A stretch of DNA of 64,000 bases, from assembly GCA_010405405.1 (NCBI GenBank), contig MU004235.1, forward strand, positions 324,538-388,537, read 5' to 3'. The position numbers and the translations under genes were made by a program. Below, in pieces: positions 26,754 through 36,887 of this stretch. Positions within the stretch are counted from its first letter, which is position 1; each line of letters begins with the position of its first letter. Source of the DNA: Microthyrium microscopicum (taxonomy: Eukaryota). The notes below the pieces were generated by a model. The model saw nothing but the letters and a program-made list of their open reading frames with translations, was not told where the DNA came from and searched no databases.

Positions 26754-27387
26754 TAAATCGAGACAGGTCAAGCGAGGATGGCAAGGACGAAGCATTCTGA
26801 TCACCTCCCCGTATGTACACGGCAAAGGGTATACAAGCTTCGAACCTTTCGTTGATATGGGAGTGCATGGCGCAGATCAAAGATATTCAAGGTATTTGAA
26901 AGTCACTGAGAATGGTTTGAACATATGAAGTTTACAAAAGAAAACTTCAGAGGCAGTTCACAGCATTGAAGTTGAAGTATAGGAAGCTTACACGGACCAG
27001 TACCAAAGCAACGCCTTGCAACGCCTCAAAGTTGTCAGATCTGCTTACTCCGCTTATGAACTACTGTAGTAGGCTGAGTGCCTGGAGCTAATTTAGGTTC
27101 TTACATGCTTGAAAGGGCCTGGTGTTGCAAAAGCAAAGTGTTTAGCCTGATAGGCTTACTCTAAATCTTGACTACTGAAATGCAGGTGCACATTATATTC
27201 TAAAGTAACGTAAATTTACGTAGTAAATTCCAATTGGTAGATCGTAAAATATAGTAGAGATTTGAACTTGAAATATATGCGTTTAGCAAACATACCGTGT
27301 GACCATGCTAGACTAAATGGAATTCCTTACACTGTAGATCGACATGAGAGGATCGTTACAAGCATAACCTCGAACACTTTCCTACGA

Positions 27388-27444
27388 ACCTGGCCCTATT
27401 GTCGAGCTTCTGGAAAACCTCAACATACCATACTTGTGGACATG
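27388..27444 (+). repeat. 57-bp direct repeat, copy 1
   Basis: acctggccctattgtcgagcttctggaaaacctcaacataccatacttgtggacatg; 56/57 identical to 28406-28462. Confidence 0.95.
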
Positions 27445-27571
27445 CCTCAAGTTACCGAGATATTCCGTTGAAAAGTGACAAGCTAGCGTGGTTTTTTAGC
27501 GACGTTTTGTCCCTAAGCAATAGCGGGAATCCCCTAAATAAGTAACGCCCCCTGCAAGAAAAACCACACTA

Positions 27572-27796
27572 CCTCTGGTGTGCATTCTGTCCCTTAGGGG
27601 CAAGCTTTCAAAATTTATTTTCGAGCTTTCAGCTTGCGCTCTGATTGGCTAAATGGCTGGTTGGCTTAGGGCTTTTTAGCTTTTGCGTGCAGCCATCACG
27701 TGAATCTTCCTGATGCGGGTCCCTAATTGGCTGAAATGAAAGTTGATTGAATTTTCTTTGGAGGTTGCCCCTAAGGGACAGAATGCACACCAGAGG
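27572..27796. mobile_element. MITE-like element A (225 bp, 32-bp perfect TIR, TA flanks)
   Basis: cctctggtgtgcattctgtcccttaggggcaa (27572-27603) is the exact reverse complement of 27765-27796. TA at 27570-71 and 27797-98. No ORF. Confidence 0.85.
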
Positions 27797-27798
27797 TA

Positions 27799-28013
27799 CC
27801 TCCCTCTTGCATTCTGAGTCCTAGGGGTCGAAGAATTGCCCTCTTTCAAGTCGAACTCTGATTGGTTAAAGTACATCTTCTCGTAGCCTTTAATTGGTCG
27901 CCTGCGTTTTTGGCTTGCAGCCGTCACGTGAAAAGCATTATCAACCAATCAAAACTCGAGAGGTAAAGCAAGCAAATTTTTGGACCCCTAGGACTCAGAA
28001 TGCAAGAGGGAGG
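27799..28013. mobile_element. MITE-like element B (215 bp, 31-bp perfect TIR, TA flanks)
   Basis: cctccctcttgcattctgagtcctaggggtc (27799-27829) is the exact reverse complement of 27983-28013. TA at 27797-98 and 28014-15. Confidence 0.85.
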
Positions 28014-28405
28014 TAGCTTGACACTTTTCAAAGGAATATTTCGGTAGCGACACTTAGCCATGAGCAACTCCACGCTCAAGTACGCGTCTTGCTAGACCAT
28101 CGCGAAGAGTTGGAAACACTCAACCGTACGGTGGTGAGAGCACCATCCTCTCGAGTCAATCTGGAAGAACTTGTTTCGCGCCTATACCAATCGGACATAT
28201 CGCCTTGAACGTTCTAAAAAATCGATCAAACTCGACAAGGACTATCGCCAAGACCTCAATGCGTTGTTCCAAAAGTCGCTGAAACACTACATCAAAATCT
28301 CCGCGGAGGCTGAACCATCATAGGATAAGGAAGATGAAAAGGTGGATGAAGACGTTTAACCTTCAAGTCTACCTCTCGTACCTACAGGTTTAATAGTAAC
28401 CACGC

Positions 28406-28462
28406 ACCTGGCCCTATTGTCGAGCTTCTGGAAAACCTCAACATACTATACTTGTGGACATG
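28406..28462 (+). repeat. 57-bp direct repeat, copy 2
   Basis: Same as 27388-27444 except cCa>cTa. Confidence 0.95.
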
Positions 28463-29079
28463 TACTATCCAGGATGATGCGGTAGACGATGGCCTTGATG
28501 GAAAGGCATTACCGCACCTTGACGACGGTTTTGAAGCCGAAAAACTAATCATCGACGCACTACGCAAAGGCGGTATCGTCAAGCTCGGAGATAATTTCAA
28601 AGACACTTTGATATCTTGCGTGGCAGTTTATTTTGCAAGAAGCCTCAAATGCAAATTACACGAGACAGCCAAAGATAACGTAAGACGCAGTTATTAGGTT
28701 TCATTATAAAAGCGCTTGCTAATTTCTTCATCGTTATTAGAGTTATAGATCGGACTGTGTTTTGCTATGCTAAGTTACATACATCCCAAGTATGTACACT
28801 TCATATATTTTTAAAGAATTAGTTTTTCTCAAAAAACAGAGGGGTTAATCCTAGGCTATCTACCTAGGAATATTATGCTTAGGGAATCAGATTGTCTTAT
28901 GGTATTGGCAGCTTATACGTCTTTGTTTGGGCGCTTAACACTGACACGGGCCGTTCAAACTGGCTGCGCCGCCCACATTATATGGAAACTCAGGTTCGAC
29001 GTCCCTTAAATTCTTTACCACTGCTCTCTTCCCATTGGAACCCTTAGTTCCCAAATGTTACCGCCATGATCTACCCAAA

Positions 29080-29957
29080 ATGACAACTAGGCTTGTAAAC
29101 GCGACTCTGCCTCCTGACTATACCCCAGGCTTATCGACGACGACGTCGCCGCCACTACCAACTTACGCTGCCTCGAAGGACCTTGATGCGCTCGCCTCAA
29201 TCGGAAACCTTCTAGGCACAGTTCTTGTTTTAGACCGGGACAAGATCAAAGTTCGCAACACCGAAGACATTATCTATTCGCTCTCCCTCTTTCCCCGAGC
29301 TGGAGAAGGCACAAGTTTGTCCTTCAACCTTCTCGTCTATGAAAACAACCAAACCTCACTCTGCAACAAAATCACAAAATTCAAGGAGTTGTACTCGGTA
29401 TCGACATGGAAACACTTGAATCGTAAAGATGCAGTCCCAATATCCTACATCTTTTCGCGGGAACACTTTCTTCGAGGCTCATTTGAAACTTGCCATCTTA
29501 GCCCGGCCAATCGCTTTAGATATATCGGCGCTCAGAAAAAGACAGGAGCGTGGAGATTGTACTGCAAGTATGGCAAATCAGACGCTGTCATCATCGAAAG
29601 AAGACCTAAAGACCGCCAGGCGAGAGTATATGACTGGGTCTGCTCAGAAGAGCTTTTGGCAGTGGAGACTGTCACTGCTTTGGAGTCAGTTCTTCCTACA
29701 CTTGAATTGAAGAAAAATTGCAAGGATTTCAAATTGATACATGCAATGGTCCTTGCGTGGTCAGTGATGGTCTGGCATTCGGCCTCAATTGAACGGATCC
29801 AAGCAGACAATGCGGAGGTTACAAAGAATCTTACATGTAAGTTCATGGATATCAAGATTATGATCTTGAAGTAACCGAATTCAGGGAAAGAAAAGCTTAA
29901 AACCAAAATATACGGAACTTGGTATGGTAGTGATGCTATGGGCCCGTTGTTTGGATA
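29080..29957 (+). CDS. Hypothetical protein (~270 aa)
   Basis: Long ORF 29035..29874 with ATG 29080, PPDY/PPLPTY N-terminus and a probable GTAAGT..CAG intron ~29837-29884. No recognisable family. Confidence 0.6.
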
Positions 29958-30247
29958 GGACTATCTGCTTACTACCTTCTTGATCGATACACGTATATGA
30001 TATAGGCTACTTCTTGACTAGGAAGTACTTGAAGCTAGAAAACAATAAACCCATTCAATATTTGCGATGGTTAGAAAGACTAACTACGTCGCTGACCAAA
30101 AGAAGGTAGTACCTCAGATTGCACGTCACCCCCGCTGCCAACTCCACATGCCCTTCATTTCACGAGTGTCTCTATCAAGCGCCAACTTGCCGCACAAGCG
30201 GCGCAACAATCTTCAAATAATTGAACCTGTCATAAAACACCTGATAA

Positions 30248-32526
30248 TGGATCCTGGATTCAAGCAGGAGAAGCATCCATTCTGGGGAGAGCTGAAACTT
30301 TCCACCAGTGGACGTCTTGAATGCGCGTTATCTGGCCTAGCAGTTTTACGTCACCCATATTTCAACAAAGGATCCGCTTTCACGGCAAAAGAACGAACGG
30401 ACTTTGAGCTTCATGGATTACTACCACCTCATGTCCAAACGCTGCAGGAACAAGTTGATCGAGCTTATGATTAATATCGTAGCAAGGAGGACGACCTGGC
30501 AAAGAACTCATTCATGAATAGTATGAGAGTTCAGAATGAAGTGTTGTTCTATAGAGTAAGTGAATACTCCATTAATGTCTGACTGTGAATTTCCTCCAAC
30601 GTCGAATAGAAAGTGATCAAGGGAACTTTCAGAGCAAGATGATAACGTCAAAAGTTAGTGCTGACATTTGTTTATAGCTTATCTTGGATCATTTGAAAGA
30701 AATGTTTCCAATCATATACACACCGACTGAGGGCGAAGCAATTGAGAAGTATTCCAGTCTATTTCGGAGACCTGGTAAGACATATTTCAAGTTTTAGCAC
30801 CTTCATCGGCCTCATTGCGATGTGTACGAATAGGGCAAAGGGTTTTCAATGTTTTTCATGTCATAGAAACCAATGGGCTTCGACATTTTCTGATATAGAA
30901 TATCACAGCACCGTAATCATACACTAACAGAATTCAGAGGGTTGCTTTTTGAACATCGACGATGCAGACCGAATAGAAACCGACCTATCTAAATTTGGAC
31001 TGGCCGAAGAGGTTGATCTCATTGTAGTTTCTGATGGGGAGCAGGTGGGAAACTCCACAAAATTCGACTTCCCTTAGTATTGACTTTTCAAACAGATTCT
31101 GGGTATTGGAGACCAAGGTGTTGGGGGTATTTTGATCTCAGTTGCGAAGCTTATGCTCTACACAATCTGTAGTGGCGTCAATCCAGCAAGGACCCTTCCT
31201 GTAGTCCTGGATGCTGGAACGAATGTGAGATTGATTAACTTTCTATGAATTTGAGTAGCTAACTCATCTCAGAACGAAGACCTGTTGAAGGACCCACTGT
31301 ATCTGGGATTGCCCAAGTCCCGAGTTCGAGGAGAGAAGTACGACAACTTTGTTGACTCGTTCATTCAAGCAGCCAAAAAGCTGTATCCGAAAGCTTACAT
31401 TCATTTTGTACGCCTCGCTCCAACTAAGTTGCAGCACGACTACTAATGAACTCTAGGAAGATTTTGGGCTACAAAATGCTCGCCGCATTCTTGACAGGTA
31501 TCAGCCCAAAATCGCTTGCTTCAATGATGACGTGCAGGGTACTGGTTGTGTGACGCTGGCTGGTATCATGGCCGCGAATCACATTACAGGCAACAAAATG
31601 GCCGACATTCGGGTAGTCATGTTCGGCGCTGGAACTGCAGGTACAGGTATCGCAGATCAGTTGCGTGATGCGATCGCAGTCGAGAGCAAGAAAGATCCCT
31701 CCGAAGCAGCGAAGCAAATCTGGTGCGTCGACAAGATTGGGGTGCTGCTTGAGTCTAAGAAAGATAAACTCACAAATGCTCAACTGAAATTTGCCCAGGA
31801 AGACAAAAACTGGAAGGGAGATAGCGATGATTTGTTGGGAGTCATCAAAGCTGTGAAACCTCATGTCTTGATCGGCACTTCAACAAAGCCTGGCGCCTTT
31901 ACTGAGGAAATCGTAAAAGAGATGGCGAAACATGTCGAACGGCCAGTAATCTTCCCACTAAGTAATCCTACAAGATTACATGAGGCGAAACCAGAAGATC
32001 TGATGAAATGGACCGATTGCAAGGCACTAGTTGCCACGGGGAGCCCCTTCCCACCTGTTAAGCACAACAGGAAAGAGTATGAAATTGGTAAAGGTTCTTC
32101 CTTCACGTATGCTTTAATGCTGAACTAATTCGTGATATAGCTGAGTGTAACAATTCCGTGTGCTTTCCTGGAATCGGTCTCGGAGCCATATTGTCACGAA
32201 CAAAGCTTATGCCGGCGGAGCTTCTAGTAGAAGCGACAAAAGCAGTGGCTGCTGCCGCTCCTGTTTTGAAGGATCCTCAAGCCGGACTACTTCCTGATGT
32301 CAGTGTTGTACGAGATGTGAGCGTAGACATCGCAGCGGCAGTGATCAAAAAAGCAGTTGAACTAGGGCTGGCGCAAGAGACAGACATTCCAGAGGATGAT
32401 GCCGTTCTGAAGGATTGGATCCGAGAACAAATGTGGGATCCGGTGTACCGCGAACTCCTTAGGGTCGATGAAGAGAATGCTTCGCCTCATGCCAAGGGCG
32501 AAGTGGGCTCAAATAGAACGCATTAA
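30248..32526 (+). pseudogene. NAD(P)-dependent malic enzyme with in-frame TAA at 30472-30474
   Basis: [94 protein letters not shown]. Six canonical introns; one stop in exon 1 (RAYD*YRSK). Confidence 0.85.
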
Positions 32527-33776
32527 GTCAAACGAATTGTTGAAACTTTTGCAGAGACAAGAGTTCCGGCAAGATATATCGTCTCGTACAATGAAAATTT
32601 TGTTTTCGTTTCACTAAATCCTTTCCAAGCCATGGAACTGTTAAGAATCATTGAACTGGTCTTCGAGGAAAGCGCTGCACCAATTAATCTTACATTTGAG
32701 CTTTTGAAATACAAACCAGGTCGGTAGCTATGCAGGAGGTAAGTAGTACTTACCTTTAGAAGGCCACTCAAGTGATTAGATTGTTCGCTTTCAGGTATAA
32801 TTTGCTTACTCATGACTCTGAAAGGCTTTTCCACGATCTTATCATCTGTGCTGTTGCAATCGGCCCTTATTCTAATGGAACGCAATGCTGGTCTCGACCC
32901 GTTGGTTTGCTACCGTTACACCCTTTCTAACTAGAAGATCTTTTAATAGTCTTGTCAAAGTAGATATCACCACGTTCATTTCTTGCAGACATAGAATGAT
33001 GAGAATATCATTTTGCATCTGGCGTTCATAGGATTTCTGACCAGTGATTTTTGCAACATGACGTGGCAAGTGATTCCATTATCCATAAAAACTTCTGTTT
33101 CCATTTAGTGCAAGTTTTCTCCTTAGCTGCTATTATATTTAGGTTTGCGTTTTCTCGTTCCTTTTGAAGTCAGTATGTAGAAACTTATTTCATATCAGCA
33201 TTCATCATCGAGGTTCTGTTCCCACCTTCCAAATTGTGTACCGAATAAATGCAAACATGAAACAATTCGCTCGACCAAGCTGAAAATGCACCTAAGTTGT
33301 AGACTGGGTGGTTCATAGCAGCCAAATGTTTCTATATTTGACTGTTGCCAGGATGAAAACCCCGAGCCATAAGGTTCATGATATGATAAGGGCTCAAAAC
33401 TGGCTGTTGTGTTTGCCCTCTTGCAGTGTTTCTTTCCAACCTTAACCAGGAGATCTCTTCAGTTCTAGACTAGTTCGTTCGTGGCAATCAATTGAAACAT
33501 TTCTTCCTGATACCAATAACGACCTGTTGACCAGGATCAAAGATCGATGATTGGAGACTCAAGAGCATCTTCAATATGCGGCGAATAGCGCGATACGACA
33601 TTTAATATAACCCTGAATCCTTCCGCGGGAGGGTAATCATTCCTTCGATCCATTGCACATCCCACGAAAATGTAAATTAAGATGGGAATCCCTTTCGCAA
33701 AGAGGCCGAGTACGTACTTCCATCCCAGTTTTCAACTTCTTGGAATGTTCAACTTTGCGGCGGCCTCGCGAAAACG

Positions 33777-34905
33777 ATGAAACAAGCACTGCTTTTGGCA
33801 GCGCTCTTGTATGCCTTTGATGTTGTAGTAGCTCAGGAGCCCAGCTTTCTGCTGAGTATAGGCTATCCAGAATGTGTGGTAAGAGAACCTGGCGACTATC
33901 ACATCGTATCACGACTAACACTCGGTAGCTGCCTTGCGTATTACAAGCCAGTCGGGCAAACCTCGAAAAGAGTTGTGCAAATCAAACAGAAGGAGTCTGT
34001 TATTGTATCACTACTCAGCCACAAATTTACAATGACTGGATGACTTGCAATAATGGCAAGTCAGATAAACCATGCAAGATGAAGGAAATAAACCGTAAGT
34101 CAATCTTCCTCGATAGTCTATCCAAACACCTCTACGGGGACTATGGTTTGAATTACTGAAAGCTTGATAAATTTCAGCTCCGCCGCTGGCGAAGGCAGTG
34201 CAGTACTAGAGGATCAATTCTAACTTACTCCCAGAATTTCAAAACTCCATAACAAAATATTGCTCGTACTACAGCGATCTAGTCGTCTCAGCAATCAGGG
34301 ATGCACCACAAAAAGTCCAAGTCTTGCCTGATGATGCACCTTCCCCTTCCTCATCATTATCAGTTTCGATCAAACCCTTCGCCTCTCCTACAAATACTCC
34401 CGGTTCAAACCCCATAACATCAAACTCCAATAACCCACCAGCAGGACCGCCAATCATGGGTGCGTCTAAAGAATCATCAGAAAAGCAGAATGTTGCAATT
34501 GGAGTAGGACTTGGTGGTGGAGCGTTTGCACTCATTGCGCTTTTTGGGATTTGGTATTGTCTCAAGCAACGTAAAGCTAAAGCAGCTGCTCGAATGCCTC
34601 GCGAAAATATGGAATCTCCCTCTATTCGGGGTATTGAAATGGAAGGGGGTTCAACAACGGAGTTCGAGAAATCGCCGAAATCAAAGGGCAAAAGCCCGTC
34701 AATATATGAGGTGGAAGACACCGACGCTGGCCCACTAGAGATTGACAGCGAGTCCGTGGTCGAGGTATCAGCAATCAAAAGTCCGATAGAGATGAGTCCA
34801 GACGTGGAATGGATGATACCCGTCGAGTTGGATGGAAGCCCAGTCGTTCCAAGGAGAACGATAGACGAATTTACGGAGAAGAAATCCCCACCACGGGAAG
34901 CATAA
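33777..34905 (+). CDS. Single-pass membrane protein: signal peptide, Cys-rich (CFEM-like) ectodomain, Ser/Pro stalk, TM helix
   Basis: MKQALLLAALLYAFDVVVA signal; YPECV|..C..C...CYC...C..C; VAIGVGLGGGAFALIALFGIWYCL followed by KQRKAK; cytosolic ELDG motifs. Introns ~33878-33929 and ~34095-34177. Confidence 0.7.
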
Positions 34906-35413
34906 TAGAGACCTCTTGATGTTTTTATATCAAAACATTAACACGCCATTGTAATATCAATTTCCTACTTTCAACTGTATGTCTCCTTGTCAGGGACTTA
35001 TCAAGTCTGTTCCATATCCGGCAGTAGACAATAAGTTTTATACCTGGTAATTTTTCGTCGCGAAATTCCTGAGAAAGAGGACAATACATGGGTTTTAGGC
35101 AACTCCTCTTGACCTTCTTCAAGAAAATGACCGCTAATTAAGCTAAGTTACTGGTACGATGAGAGGAAGTGGACCAAATCAGATCTTTGGCTTCAGTCCT
35201 GTGGAAAATCCTGCTGCCTAAGAACAGAATTTCGTTACTTATAGTTTCGCCTAATTTTCTGATTTAGTCAAATGAATTCATCAACTACCTACCTACTTTC
35301 AGCTTGCAAAGTACAACCAAGCACAAACTCATATCGGACAGCTCATGTCCATTTTGTCGTGCTTGATCATTCAGCACACTAACCGACGCAGATACGAAAC
35401 AACCTCGGGAAGC

Positions 35414-35929
35414 ATGGCGTATTTGTCTGAATCCGAATTACAAGATGCTGTCGCGAGCAAAAGAAGCTCCGCGGAGTACACAGTGAAACGCTTGGAGGAA
35501 AGCAAAGCCGAGCTAGAGGCCCAAATACGACCCATAACTAACAGGATCAAAGCAATAGAGAAAGAAATGCCTTTGGCGAAGAAGGTCGTTGAACAATACG
35601 AACACGTAGAGGACGCAACGCGGCAAGCAGTGAAAGCTGAGAGACACAGAAGCAACAACGAATACCCGTGGTGGAACTACTACAAGGCTGACAGGGAGCA
35701 GGAGGAGGCTGCCAAAGAAGCCACACAGGACACGATTACCAAGAAGGACATCTCAGATGCTCTGACTGACTTTGCGAAAAACTTGCGCTTCTCACCAGCA
35801 GTGACACCTGCTACACCAAAAGCCGAACCAAAGATCGAAGCTGTTCAGCAAAAGTCGACCTCGACAAAGGCGAAAAAAGACACTGCAAGCGATATAGCTA
35901 CTCCACGGTCATCGTGGTTCTGGAGCTAG
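35414..35929 (+). CDS. Small hypothetical coiled-coil protein ending SWFWS
   Basis: 171-aa ORF from ATG 35414, preceded by CTAAC..CAG (5' intron end); charged heptad pattern. Confidence 0.65.
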   Translation: MAYLSESELQDAVASKRSSAEYTVKRLEESKAELEAQIRPITNRIKAIEKEMPLAKKVVEQYEHVEDATRQAVKAERHRSNNEYPWWNYYKADREQEEAAKEATQDTITKKDISDALTDFAKNLRFSPAVTPATPKAEPKIEAVQQKSTSTKAKKDTASDIATPRSSWFWS

Positions 35930-36243
35930 AAAATAGGGTCTTGGATTGTACATACCCAAAACTTTGGTGGACTTGATTACACAGCTCCAGAAAATCAAGA
36001 CTACTGAAGCCTGAAGTCAAGTGTGGGCGGTAAATACTTAATATCTGTACCGTAATCTCCTCTCTTGTATAATATCATATCTCACACCTCCTGCACCCAC
36101 CTTTCATTGTTGTCAAAACTCTTAAAATTTCTCTCCCAAACGTCTACTTCACCAGTGTCGAATATCGCCTCTGCATAAGTTCAACTCCAACCAACCTTCT
36201 TCAATAACCCACAAGAAAACAACCACAGCGAAACGAACGAAAT

Positions 36244-36558
36244 ATGGCAGAAACATTCCTGGGCGCACAAATACTCAATGCTGAAAGAGCACTAATAGAA
36301 GCCGGCAGGCAGTGTCTCGAAAGAAGCAAAGAACATTCCCAAAAACAAGTGTGCATGCTACACGAAAAATGGAAGGATCCTCAAGCCTCGCGAGAGGATA
36401 AGAAGCTCTTACAAAAGGAAATGGAAGAAAAACACTACGAAGTCAAAATGCATAACAAGGATTTGGATTCGATGGATCGAAAGCAAATCAGTCTGGCGGA
36501 AGAGGCTATCGCGGATAGAAATCAATCATGGACAGTCTCATGGTTTTGGGGCAAATGA
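36244..36558 (+). CDS. Small hypothetical coiled-coil protein ending SWFWGK
   Basis: 104-aa ORF, ATG in good context (aatATGG) after a CT/CA-rich leader. Confidence 0.6.
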   Translation: MAETFLGAQILNAERALIEAGRQCLERSKEHSQKQVCMLHEKWKDPQASREDKKLLQKEMEEKHYEVKMHNKDLDSMDRKQISLAEEAIADRNQSWTVSWFWGK

Positions 36559-36887
36559 GCGATATTGAAATCTGGTTGTAAGTGTCATCGGAAATATTAC
36601 TGTGGCATCAGACTCTGACTAATATTGTTAGATGACTCTTTGTGTGGTGAAGAGACGTTGGTAGGCTATTTGACGACTCGATAAGCAGGACACTGGAGCA
36701 TAAATCGTTCGGGATTAGAAGATGTTGAAATTTTGTATTATTTAAAACATTAAACATAACTATACTAACGCTATGCCGAGAACTCTGAATGGCATCAAAA
36801 TAAAAATGAGATATATCTGCCTCTGGTATAAACCAGTTCTAGATAAACGCCGCCGCAATGCTTTTATGAAAACCCAAACCACTATTC

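Noticed and set aside
27388..28462. 57-bp direct repeats as LTRs or CRISPR repeats
   Set aside because: Only two copies, no TG..CA ends, no TSD and no gag/pol or cas genes; the genome is eukaryotic.
28990..29010. GGTTCGA T-loop-like motif (also ~4819 and ~48341) as tRNA
   Set aside because: I could not build a cloverleaf or find an A box around these sites.
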